From Dehalococcoidia bacterium (GTDB taxonomy: Bacteria; Chloroflexota; Dehalococcoidia; Plut-88900), in the NCBI GenBank assembly GCA_965116945.1, contig OZ220734.1, forward strand, positions 65,257-129,256: 64,000 nt of DNA. Direction: 5' to 3'. Made by a program: the position numbers and the translations under genes. Below are positions 10,315 through 19,448 of this stretch, one piece after another; position 1 is the first letter of the stretch, and each line of letters starts with the position of its first letter. Under the pieces are notes generated by a model that was not told the DNA's origin, did no database searches, and saw only the letters and a program-made list of their open reading frames with translations.

Positions 10315-11010
10315 ATGCAGAGACTCATCCTATTCGACGTAGACCTTACTTTGGTCGACACAACGGAATGTAATCTTCTGGCCTTTAACAGCGCTTTTGA
10401 ACAGGTCCACGGCATCCCAGACGCCTTCGACCTCACTGTATTTGACGGTGGCCTTGACCTGCCCCTGATGACCGAGATGTACAGAAAATGGGGCATCACC
10501 CAGCCCGACTCAATGACATTCCCCGACCTGTCCGAATTCACGACTGTCTACTTCGATCACCTTGCCAAGGGATTGGAAAACTGGACGGAAGGCTACGAGT
10601 GCCCAGGCGCGCGGGAACTTCTTGAGGCTCTGGTCCGGGAACCTGGAGTCCAGCTGGGACTGGAGACTGGCAACTTCCGTGAAGCAGCATTCATCAAGCT
10701 CCGGAAGTTCGGGCTGGATGTCTTTTTTGAAGAAGGCGGCTTCGGAGGAGACTGGACGACGCGCATGGAAGTCGTCGCCGACGCCATAGCCAAGTGTCAG
10801 GCCCTGGTGGGCACTATCTACGAACGAAGCAACATATTCGTAATCGGTGATTCCATCTCTGACGTGAAGGCGGGGCAAGCCAACGGCATCTATTCCGTAG
10901 CTGTGGCGACGGGCCATTACGACACCCAAAAGCTGGGCGCCCTGAACCCGACCTACGTCTTCCCGGACCTTTCGGATACGGCGAAAGTTCTGGAAGCCCT
11001 GCTCGGCTGA
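10315..11010 (+). CDS. HAD-superfamily hydrolase (paralog 2 of tandem pair)
   Basis: MQRLILFDVDLTLVDT. The C-terminal ~80 aa are nearly identical to paralog 1. ATG at 10315 lies 12 nt after the paralog 1 stop. Confidence 0.8.
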   Translation: MQRLILFDVDLTLVDTTECNLLAFNSAFEQVHGIPDAFDLTVFDGGLDLPLMTEMYRKWGITQPDSMTFPDLSEFTTVYFDHLAKGLENWTEGYECPGARELLEALVREPGVQLGLETGNFREAAFIKLRKFGLDVFFEEGGFGGDWTTRMEVVADAIAKCQALVGTIYERSNIFVIGDSISDVKAGQANGIYSVAVATGHYDTQKLGALNPTYVFPDLSDTAKVLEALLG

Positions 11011-11014
11011 ATCC

Positions 11015-12652
11015 TCAGGCAGATGCCAGCGAGGCCTGGTACATGTGGTACTGCACAAACTTCGCCATGGAACGGCATGCCCTGCGTAGGTCCGTATAAG
11101 TGAGGAGACCCGCCTCTGCGAACTCTTCCCTAAGTTTGCGGTAGTCCATCTTGATCCGTGGGTCCCGGATGCGTACCGGCAGAAGTATGACTACGGGCTT
11201 GCCGTTGGAGTGATTCCGCGCAATATCTGCAAAGTCCCCAGCCACGGCTTTTTCCGCCTGAGAAGTTACATCAACGTACTCGCTGAGGCTTGGAATCATG
11301 AGCAGCATGTCGATATTGGGATCGGAGGTTACGATCTCTGCGGCTTGCCGCTGCTTGTCCCTCACATTGGCCATGAAGGAAAGGTCTACCGGGTTTCGGA
11401 CACTGTTGCCCGCGTCCGGGATGAAGTCGCGGAGTCGGGCGCTGGTCTCGTCGGAGAGCATGGCCATGTCCAGGCCCTCCTGGGAACAGATGTCGGATGC
11501 CGCGACGCTGTTGCCCCCGCCGCTCCCGATCATGGCCAACCGATTGCTCCGGGGAGCAGGCAGAAGGGAGAAAGCCTGCATCACGTCGACGACTTCCTCA
11601 ACCGATCCCGCGCGCACCGCCCCCGTTTGCCGGAAGAAGGCGTCCCATATTGCGCTCTGCCCGGCCAGCGAGCCCGTGTGAGAAGCCGCCGCTCGGGACC
11701 CCGACTCGCTAAGGCCGCCCTTCCAGATGATGACCGGCTTTCGGGGGTTGATCTCCCTGACGAGCTCTAGCAATTTGGGGCCGTTCTTAACACCCTCTAT
11801 GTACATTCCCACGGATGTCGTGGTGTCGTCCTGGCCCAGAAACTCCAGGTAATCTGCACTCTCCAGCACCAGCGCGTTTCCGAAGCTGATCACCTTGCTT
11901 ACCCCTATACCCACATCCTCCGCCCTGAAGATGAAGTCCATGGCATGGCCGCCGCTCTGCGCCACGAAGGCTGCGCCACCCGACCTATTTTCAATGTCGC
12001 CGATTGTGGAGAATTGGGCCCGGGGGGAGTGGACACCCAGGCAGTTAGGCCCGACAACCCTGATCCCGTTACGGGTTGCGACTTCCCTTACCGTCTTTTC
12101 CATCTCACGGCCTTCGGGAGTGTCCGTCTCGGAGAAGCCCGACGTGAAAACGTGAATGTTCAGGGCGCCCGCAGAGGCGCAGTCCTCCAGTACGCGAGCA
12201 AGTACCCGGGCCGGGACCGACACCGTCACCATGTCTGGCACTTCGGGAATCGCTGAGACTGAGGGGTAGCACTTGAGCCCGAGTATCTCGTCGGCCTTGG
12301 GGTTGACGGGATAGATCTTGCCCTTATATCCGAGCTTCAACAGGTAGGGAATGAACTGCCCTGATGGATTGCTCCAGTTGGCGTTCTCCGTCTTTGAAAC
12401 CCGGGATGCACCGACCACTGCCACCGACTTGGGATTGAATGCTCTGGCGAATTCAGAACCGAGGGGAGTTATTGCTTGAATCAGTCTTAGTCCTTTTCCG
12501 AGTCGGCTTGCCCTGAAAGGGCACGGACCGGTGCCCATTATAGCGGCCTGATGGATGGGTCTCAAGAACTGCCCCTCTGGTAGCCCTTCATAGCGTTGCG
12601 GTATACTCACGCCGCATCGCTCCGCATATTTCACATAACCCAGCGGAGCCAT
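11015..12652 (-). CDS. Acyl-CoA synthetase (NDP-forming) / acetate--CoA ligase family protein (CoA-binding + succinyl-CoA-synthetase-like domains)
   Basis: KSVAVVGASRVSKTENANWSNPSGQFIPYLLKLGYKGKIYPVNPK is a CoA-binding Rossmann domain, followed by a ligase-CoA domain. The true start may be an internal Met (e.g. 12538). Confidence 0.7.
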   Translation of the reverse strand: MAPLGYVKYAERCGVSIPQRYEGLPEGQFLRPIHQAAIMGTGPCPFRASRLGKGLRLIQAITPLGSEFARAFNPKSVAVVGASRVSKTENANWSNPSGQFIPYLLKLGYKGKIYPVNPKADEILGLKCYPSVSAIPEVPDMVTVSVPARVLARVLEDCASAGALNIHVFTSGFSETDTPEGREMEKTVREVATRNGIRVVGPNCLGVHSPRAQFSTIGDIENRSGGAAFVAQSGGHAMDFIFRAEDVGIGVSKVISFGNALVLESADYLEFLGQDDTTTSVGMYIEGVKNGPKLLELVREINPRKPVIIWKGGLSESGSRAAASHTGSLAGQSAIWDAFFRQTGAVRAGSVEEVVDVMQAFSLLPAPRSNRLAMIGSGGGNSVAASDICSQEGLDMAMLSDETSARLRDFIPDAGNSVRNPVDLSFMANVRDKQRQAAEIVTSDPNIDMLLMIPSLSEYVDVTSQAEKAVAGDFADIARNHSNGKPVVILLPVRIRDPRIKMDYRKLREEFAEAGLLTYTDLRRACRSMAKFVQYHMYQASLASA

Positions 12653-12712
12653 GGGAGCGCAACATACCTACGCGACACTCCGTACCTCGATTTCAAGCCT
12701 GGACGAGCCACG

Positions 12713-12982
12713 ATGGGCAAGGGTGTTGCAGTGTGCAAGGGGGGAGATATAATTCCCGCCACTGATATGCTTCAGATCGCTTGGAAAGACCTCTTCGACA
12801 CCGGTACCCTTGTAAGCGGAGACGGCGACTCCGCCAACTTGATCCCGGCAGTCAATGATATGAACAAATCTGTGATGATGGGCTGTTTTGAGGTCAATAA
12901 AACCGAGGACCTGTCCCAAGGGTCAGATTTCATGATGAAACTCACACCTGCATTCTTTGAAGGAATCTGGGCTAACAGCTGA
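12713..12982 (+). CDS. Hypothetical small protein (lower-GC intergenic pocket)
   Basis: ORF MGKGVAVCKGGDIIPATDML... of ~89 aa in an otherwise unassigned 400-bp lower-GC stretch. No recognisable motif. Confidence 0.2.
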   Translation: MGKGVAVCKGGDIIPATDMLQIAWKDLFDTGTLVSGDGDSANLIPAVNDMNKSVMMGCFEVNKTEDLSQGSDFMMKLTPAFFEGIWANS

Positions 12983-13069
12983 TTCTAGTGATCCATTTTT
13001 CCGCATTGCAGACGCAACCAACAACCGGACCTGCAGAACTTAACCTCTCCCTGATAGCAGGAATTACCA

Positions 13070-13399
13070 GTGTATCTTGACGGCCTTGAAATAGCCGGCC
13101 TCGGGGCTGGCATGGTTTTCCTGGCCTTGGTTGTGATGCTCGCGTCCACGCTTATCCTCCGCTTGGTAACTGAGAGGCTGGACAAATTCCGAACTGCCAA
13201 AGTGCCGGCCACCCCCCTCCCCACCCCCGCGGAGGAGCCCCCTCCGGCCTTTTCTCCTGCAACCCCAGTTGAGGCTGCCCCAAGAACACCTGAATCTACT
13301 GCTCCGGTGCCTAGAGACAAGGCTGCCCGGGCCGCTGCCATCGCTGTAGCCCTGTACCTTACCGAGGAGGAAGAGACCGAGGGCCATACCGGAAGGTAG
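13070..13399 (+). CDS. oadG: Na+-transporting decarboxylase gamma subunit (OadG-like), GTG start
   Basis: N-terminal TM helix GLGAGMVFLALVVMLAS followed by a Pro/Ala-rich linker, the classic OadG architecture. Immediately upstream of oadB. Confidence 0.55.
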   Translation: MYLDGLEIAGLGAGMVFLALVVMLASTLILRLVTERLDKFRTAKVPATPLPTPAEEPPPAFSPATPVEAAPRTPESTAPVPRDKAARAAAIAVALYLTEEEETEGHTGR

Positions 13400-13414
13400 G
13401 CCCCCACGCCAATT

Positions 13415-14554
13415 ATGCTTGTAGAGGAGCTTTTCGAAGGATTTATCGGGCTGGACTGGCGAGACGTCGTGATGATGCTCGTTGGTGGAGTCCTGATATA
13501 CCTTGCCATCAAGCATAAATTTGAGCCTCTGCTCCTACTTCCTATCGGCCTTGGGGCGATGGTAACCAATCTGCCTTTCGGAGGCCTTACTGATGAGCAT
13601 GGAATCTTCGGGGTGCTCAAGAGCGCGGGCCTGGACAATGAACTGTTCCCCCTCTTGATGTTCCTGGGGCTCGGGGCACTCACAGACTTCACACCCCTTC
13701 TCCAACGCCCGTCCACCATGCTGCTTGGCGCCGCCGCCCAGGCTGGCATCTTCGTCAGTCTCATGGCCGCTATCGCCCTGGACTTCTCCCTAAGGGAGGC
13801 CGGTTCCATCGCCATCATCGGCTCGGCGGACGGGCCTACCACCATTTTCGTGGCCAGCCAGCTCTGCCCCGACACCGATACATGCACTAACGATGTCCTG
13901 GGCCCGGTAGTCGTCGCCGCCTACTCGTACATGGCCATGGTGCCCATCATTCAGCCCCCGATTATGAAGCTGCTAACCACAAAGTCTGAGCGCAGTATCC
14001 TGATGGAATATACCGACAGGCCCGTGCCCAAGCTCCTGAAGGTCATGTTCCCGATAGCTGTCCTCTTGATCGGTGGCCTGCTTGCACCCAAGGCTATCCC
14101 CCTTTTGGCGATGTTTATGTTCGGCAACCTGATGCGGGAGTCCGGGGTGGTGGACAGGCTGTCCAACACGGCCCAGAACTCCCTCATCAACATCGTCACG
14201 ATTTTCCTGGGCCTCGTCATAGGCTCCACCATGACCGGCGAGAGTTTCCTGGACCTGGAGACCCTGAAGATTCTGGGTCTGGGTCTCGGGGCATTCATAA
14301 TCGGCACGGCCTCAGGTGTGATGTTCGGCAAGGTGATGATGGTGCTCTCCGGCAGGAAGATTAACCCCTTGATAGGGGCTGCAGGAGTTTCGGCAGTACC
14401 CATGGCGGCCCGAGTCGTGCAGAGGGTCGGGCAGAGCGAGCGTCCCGACAACTTCCTCATAATGCACGCTATGGGCCCCAACGTGGCCGGCGTCATCGGG
14501 TCGGCCCTTGCCGGGGGAGTCATTCTTTCCCGGGTCCCGGCCCTCGCCGGATAG
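13415..14554 (+). CDS. oadB: Na+-transporting oxaloacetate/methylmalonyl-CoA/glutaconyl-CoA decarboxylase beta subunit
   Basis: KFEPLLLLPIGLGAMVTNLP signature of the OadB/GcdB/MmdB family. Multi-TM, 379 aa. Confidence 0.8.
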   Translation: MLVEELFEGFIGLDWRDVVMMLVGGVLIYLAIKHKFEPLLLLPIGLGAMVTNLPFGGLTDEHGIFGVLKSAGLDNELFPLLMFLGLGALTDFTPLLQRPSTMLLGAAAQAGIFVSLMAAIALDFSLREAGSIAIIGSADGPTTIFVASQLCPDTDTCTNDVLGPVVVAAYSYMAMVPIIQPPIMKLLTTKSERSILMEYTDRPVPKLLKVMFPIAVLLIGGLLAPKAIPLLAMFMFGNLMRESGVVDRLSNTAQNSLINIVTIFLGLVIGSTMTGESFLDLETLKILGLGLGAFIIGTASGVMFGKVMMVLSGRKINPLIGAAGVSAVPMAARVVQRVGQSERPDNFLIMHAMGPNVAGVIGSALAGGVILSRVPALAG

Positions 14555-14594
14555 CCATTCCAGTCCCCAGCCCCCTTTCCCTCGGAGGTGAAAC

Positions 14595-16196
14595 ATGGCT
14601 TCAGGCCAACTGATTCCCGACTTGATCGGCTACAACGGCAACGTCATTACCATAGACCCCTATAAACCTCGAGCCCAGGCTTTTGCCATACGGGAAGGCG
14701 CTTTTGTAGCCGTTGGCGACAACGAGGAAATAAGGGACCTCGCCGGGCCGCACACCCGAAGAATAGACTTCGCTGGCAGCACGGTGGTACCGGGCTTCAA
14801 TGACGCTCACATCCATGTCCTCAGCAGCGGTATCCGCCACGCTCTGATGGCCGACTGTGCCCTTCCTTCGATCGGCGAAATCCAGGAAGCCATTCGGTTC
14901 CGGGCTTCCGACACCCCTGCAGGGGAATGGGTCCAGGGTTTCAAATTCGACGACACCAAGACCGCCGAAAACCGCTTCCTCAACCGTGAGGACCTGGACC
15001 AGGCCTGCCCCGACCATCCCGTACTGGTTGCCCACCGCGCCGGGCACGTCTATTACACAAACAGCAAGGGTCTTGAAAGGCTGGGAATAGACAAGAATTC
15101 ACCTGATCCCACGGGAGGAAGCTACGGTAAGAACCCGGTTACGGGAGAACTTGACGGCGTCCTCTACGAGACCGCCGCAGATCCCATCCGCTTCGAACTT
15201 CTTTCAAAAGTCACTCCGGACGTCCGCAGAGAAGGGCTGAAGACCATCTGTAAAATGTTCGCCGCCGCCGGTCTCACCTCCGTCCACGACGCCCTGGTAA
15301 CCAGTGACGATGTTGCCGTTTACCAGGAAGCCTGGGAGCGAGGTGAGCTTCCTCTGCGCGTCTACATGCTGGTGCACTACCGGTACTTCGGAGGGTTCAA
15401 GGCCTCGGGGCTGAAGACAGGTTTCGGGGACGACCGCCTGCGCCTTGGCGGCATAAAGATGGTCAGCGACGGCGCAATAGCATCCCGCACGGCCTACCTC
15501 TCCCGACCCTACGAAGGCAGCGATACCGATTGCGGCATCCGAGCCATCCCCCCCGATGAGTTGGAGGAGATGGTCAGGGAGGTCCACGACGCCGGTTACC
15601 AGGTCGCCGTTCACGCAAACGGAGACGCAACCATAGACATGGTCCTTACCGCCTACGAAAAGGCCCAGCGGGCCAACCCCCGACAGGATACCCGCCACCG
15701 CCTGGAACACTGCACCCTCGTCAACCCCGACCTGCTTAACAGGATGAAGGCCCTTGGCGCCGTAGCGACACCCTTCTGCACCTACGTCTACTACCACGGT
15801 GAAAAGATGCAGTATTTCGGTGAGGAACGGGTGAAGTGGATGTTCGCCCAACGCTCATTCCTGGACTACGGGGTAGTTGCCACCGGGGCCACAGACTATC
15901 CCCCCGGCCCCTTCGAGCCCCTCCTAGGTATCCAGAGCTGTGTCACAAGAACGGACAGCAACGGCAACCTGTGGGGAGCGAACCAGCGCATATCCGTGGA
16001 AGAGGCCTTGAAAGTCTACACCATGCACAGCGCCTACGCCTCCTTCGAAGAGAATCTCAAGGGGTCTATCACCGCAGAGAAACTTGCAGACTTCACTGTC
16101 CTCGCCAAGGACCCGACCGCCGTCGATCCCTTCACCATCAAGGACATCCCCATCGCGATGACTGTAGTCGGCGGAGAACCAATTTACGAAGCCTAG
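14595..16196 (+). CDS. Amidohydrolase-3 family metal-dependent hydrolase (YtcJ-like), intact paralog
   Basis: GFNDAHIHV HxH motif, VHANGDA, and conserved C-terminus. 533 aa. Confidence 0.8.
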   Translation: MASGQLIPDLIGYNGNVITIDPYKPRAQAFAIREGAFVAVGDNEEIRDLAGPHTRRIDFAGSTVVPGFNDAHIHVLSSGIRHALMADCALPSIGEIQEAIRFRASDTPAGEWVQGFKFDDTKTAENRFLNREDLDQACPDHPVLVAHRAGHVYYTNSKGLERLGIDKNSPDPTGGSYGKNPVTGELDGVLYETAADPIRFELLSKVTPDVRREGLKTICKMFAAAGLTSVHDALVTSDDVAVYQEAWERGELPLRVYMLVHYRYFGGFKASGLKTGFGDDRLRLGGIKMVSDGAIASRTAYLSRPYEGSDTDCGIRAIPPDELEEMVREVHDAGYQVAVHANGDATIDMVLTAYEKAQRANPRQDTRHRLEHCTLVNPDLLNRMKALGAVATPFCTYVYYHGEKMQYFGEERVKWMFAQRSFLDYGVVATGATDYPPGPFEPLLGIQSCVTRTDSNGNLWGANQRISVEEALKVYTMHSAYASFEENLKGSITAEKLADFTVLAKDPTAVDPFTIKDIPIAMTVVGGEPIYEA

Positions 16197-16205
16197 GTGC
16201 TCGTC

Positions 16206-17807
16206 ATGGCATCTCCCTCCCTCACCCCCGACAAACTGATACTCAACGCCAACGTCATCACCGTTGACTCTCGGATTCCCCGCGCTCAGGCCATCGCCAT
16301 TAAGAACGGCAAGTTTGTCGCCGTGGGCCGCAACGAAGACGTGGAACATCTCGGCGGACCGCAAACACAGGTGCTAAACCTGGGGGGCAAAACAGTAGTA
16401 CCGGGATTCATCGACGCCCATATACACGTCATGAGTACGGGCTGCAAGGTCTCGTCCCGCATGGTGGACTGCGAACTCCCGACCATAGGTCTCGTCCAGG
16501 AAGAGCTTCGACTGAAGGCCAGGGAGACTCCCCCCGGCGACTGGGTAATGGGCTTCAAGTACGATGACACCAAGACCCCCGAGGCCCGGATGCCCTCCCG
16601 CTGGGAACTCGACGAGGTCAGCCGCGAACACCCCGTAATCGTCACGCACCGTGCAGGCCTCAAGAGCTCGGGCAACAGCATGGCGCTGGATGAGTTTCAG
16701 GTGACCAGGGACTCTCGCGGTCCCATCTCAGGCCCCTATGAAAAAGACCCGGAGTCGGGGGAGCCCAACGGAGTCATGTATGAAGCCGGAGAGGAACGTA
16801 TCCGTTTCTTCCTTCTCACACAGATCACACCCGAGGAGCGTCGCCAGGGGCTAAAGACCATCACCCGGGAATACGTTGCCGCGGGCCTTACCAGCGTCCA
16901 CGACGCCATGGTCACTCCTGAAGAGGTCAGCGTTTACCAGGACGCCTGGCAGCATGAAGATCTCCTTCTGCGGGTCTATATGCTGGTTCATGAGAACTAC
17001 TTTGACTCATTCAGGCGGGCGGGTATACGTACCGGCTATGGAGACGACAAGCTGAAATGGGGTGGGATCAAGCTGACGAATGACGGCGGCATAGCGACTC
17101 GCACCGCCTTCCTGAGCGAGCCCTATGTCGGGACCAACGACCACGGCCTGATGCTCTTCGAACAGGAAGAGCTGGATGACAAGATTCACCGCATTCATGA
17201 GGCCGGTTACCAGGCCTGCATCCACTCCAACGGGGATGCTGCCATCGACATGACTCTCAAGGCCTTTGAACGGGCCCAGGCCTCCCACCCGAGGCAGAAC
17301 GCTCGGCACCGTATTGAGCATTGCACTGTCGTTAACCCCGACATCCTTCGAAGAATCAAGGCTCTCGGCGTGGTCCCGACCCCCTTCGGCGCCTATGCCT
17401 ACCAGCACGGCGAGAAGATGCACTTCTACGGCGAGGAACGTGCCCGCTGGATGTTTGCCCACCGCTCTTTCCTGGATCACGGAATCACCTGCACCGGCGC
17501 CTCCGACTTTACGGCCAGCCCTTTCGAGCCGCTTCTCGGAGTCCAGTGTTGCGTGACCAGGACGGATATGGAGGGTAGAGTCTGAGGCCCGAACCAGAAG
17601 ACCACCATCGACGAGGCTCTCCGCATCTATACCCTCAACGGCGCCTACGCCTCCTTCGAAGAGAATCTCAAGGGCTCCATCACTCCCGGTAAGCTCGCCG
17701 ACCTGGTGGTCCTTTCCCAAGACCCGACCGCCGTAGACCCCTTCACCATCAAGGACATCCCCATAGAAATGACTATGGTCGGGGGAGAGGCAGTGTACGA
17801 AGGATAG
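16206..17807 (+). pseudogene. Amidohydrolase-3 family paralog interrupted by an in-frame TGA (17583-17585) at a position that is Trp (TGG) in the upstream paralog
   Basis: Alignment SNGNLWGANQRISVEEAL versus MEGRV*GPNQKTTIDEAL. The 74 codons downstream of the TGA remain in frame and ~80% identical to the paralog C-terminus, ending at TAG 17805-17807. Confidence 0.55.
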
Positions 17808-17832
17808 CTTGGAAAACGGGAGGGACTAGGTA

Positions 17833-18591
17833 ATGGCTGGCAAACTCCAGGACAAGATCTGCGTCATAACCGGCGGCAGCCTCGGCATCGGCAGCGGAAC
17901 GGCCAAAGAGTGCGCCCGCGAAGGGGCCAAAGTCGCCATCCTTGACATCCACGTCCCGGGCGGCGAGAGCACGACCACCGCCATTCGCGAGGCTGGAGGC
18001 TCCGCCATCTTCATCGAGACTGATGTTTCTCAAGCCGACCAGGTGCAGGCCGCCGTCACCCGAGTCTTGCAGGAATACGGCCGCATTGACGTCCTGGTCA
18101 ACGCGGCCGCCCTCCAGGTCCAGGCCCCCGTCCTGACCGAGGTCACGGAAGAAGAGTGGGACACCGTCCTGGCCATCAACCTCAAGGGCCCTTTCCTCTG
18201 CTCCAAGTACATCATCCCGGAGATGCTGAAGGTCGGGGGTGGTGCAATCGTTAACGTCTCTTCGTCGGTTGTCCTCCGGGGCAGCGCCTTTTCACTGCCC
18301 TACGCCGTGGGCAAGGCCGGTATGATCCAGCTTACCAAGACCACTAATGCTCAGTTCTGCCGCCAGGGGATCCGCGTAAACAGCGTTGTCCCTGGACTAG
18401 TTGACACCCCTGGCGCCCAGGGAGTCGAGGGGAAGGCTGGCATTTTTGATGAGGTTGCCGCCGGAATCCCCGTGGGCCGTGCGGGCCAGCCCGAGGACAT
18501 AGCCAAGCTAATCGTCTACCTGGCCTCTGATGACGCATCCTACGTGTCAGGCTCGGCCTTCGTAATCGATGGGGGCAGGAATGCGCTATGA
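17833..18591 (+). CDS. SDR-family oxidoreductase (short-chain dehydrogenase/reductase)
   Basis: ITGGSLGIGSG cofactor motif. YAVGKAG catalytic Y-x3-K. 252 aa. Confidence 0.85.
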   Translation: MAGKLQDKICVITGGSLGIGSGTAKECAREGAKVAILDIHVPGGESTTTAIREAGGSAIFIETDVSQADQVQAAVTRVLQEYGRIDVLVNAAALQVQAPVLTEVTEEEWDTVLAINLKGPFLCSKYIIPEMLKVGGGAIVNVSSSVVLRGSAFSLPYAVGKAGMIQLTKTTNAQFCRQGIRVNSVVPGLVDTPGAQGVEGKAGIFDEVAAGIPVGRAGQPEDIAKLIVYLASDDASYVSGSAFVIDGGRNAL

Positions 18592-19448
18592 GCAAGATTT
18601 ACGTCCTCGGCGCCGGGACCCCTACTCCGACCCCCTCCCGTTTCGGCTCGTCCTTCGTAGTTGAGCTAAACGGACAGCACATCATGTTCGACTGCGGGCC
18701 CGCTGCCACCCATAAGCTGGTCAAGGCCGGGCTATGGCCCACCCAGATAGACCATCTCTTCTTCACCCACCACCACTTCGACCATGACGTAGACTATCCC
18801 TGTTTTCTGCTATGCCGCTGGGACCAGGGCGCGGGCATGGAGAACAAGCTGAAAGTCTTCGGTCCGACCCTCACTGAATCCATAACCGAGAAGATAATCG
18901 GCGAGACCGGCGCCTTTGCCCACGACTGGAAGGCCCGGGTCAACCACCCCGTGAGTCAACAGGTTTACGTCAATCGTGGAGGCACCCTGCCCAGAAGACC
19001 CCCGGAGGTAGACGCCAGGGACGTAGGCCCCGGGAAGGTCTACGCTGGCCCCGACTGGGAGGTCACCGCTGCCCCGGCACAGCACGTCGAGCCCTGGCTG
19101 GACTCGCTGGCCTACCGCCTGGAAACGCCTTTTGGGAGCATCGTCTTCACCGGAGATACACAACCTTGCGATTCCGTAAGGGAATTGGCCCAGAACGCCG
19201 ACACCCTCCTCTGCATGTGCTGGGACGACCAGGATGTCATGAACGAAAACGGCGAGCATGTCGGCCAGTGTGGCACCACGGGTGCGGCAAAGATGGCGAG
19301 GGATTCGGGAGTCAAGAGGCTGGTTCTGGTGCACATGGGCCCCGGCCTGTCGGACGATGCGGCCCTCGCCAAAGCTCAGGCCGACGTGAGAAACATATTC
19401 TTCGGAGAAGTCATTTTCTCCGAAGAGCTGATGTCCATTCCCTTCTAG
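18588..19448 (+). CDS. MBL-fold metallo-hydrolase
   Basis: FFTHHHFDHD is the HxHxDH motif. 4-nt ATGA overlap with the SDR gene indicates an operon. Confidence 0.8.
   Translation: MSKIYVLGAGTPTPTPSRFGSSFVVELNGQHIMFDCGPAATHKLVKAGLWPTQIDHLFFTHHHFDHDVDYPCFLLCRWDQGAGMENKLKVFGPTLTESITEKIIGETGAFAHDWKARVNHPVSQQVYVNRGGTLPRRPPEVDARDVGPGKVYAGPDWEVTAAPAQHVEPWLDSLAYRLETPFGSIVFTGDTQPCDSVRELAQNADTLLCMCWDDQDVMNENGEHVGQCGTTGAAKMARDSGVKRLVLVHMGPGLSDDAALAKAQADVRNIFFGEVIFSEELMSIPF

Noticed and set aside
12985-13887. 300-aa and 150-aa minus-strand ORFs overlapping oadG/oadB
   Set aside because: They are antisense to oadB, whose KFEPLLLLPIG signature is unambiguous. The predicted proteins are Ser/Arg/Pro-rich, low-complexity sequences.
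17583-17585. Genetic-code reassignment or selenocysteine at the in-frame TGA
   Set aside because: TGA terminates many conserved genes in the window at the expected C-termini. The aligned residue in the paralog is Trp, not Cys/Sec, and no SECIS-like hairpin follows. A point mutation or sequencing error is the more economical explanation (reported as a finding).
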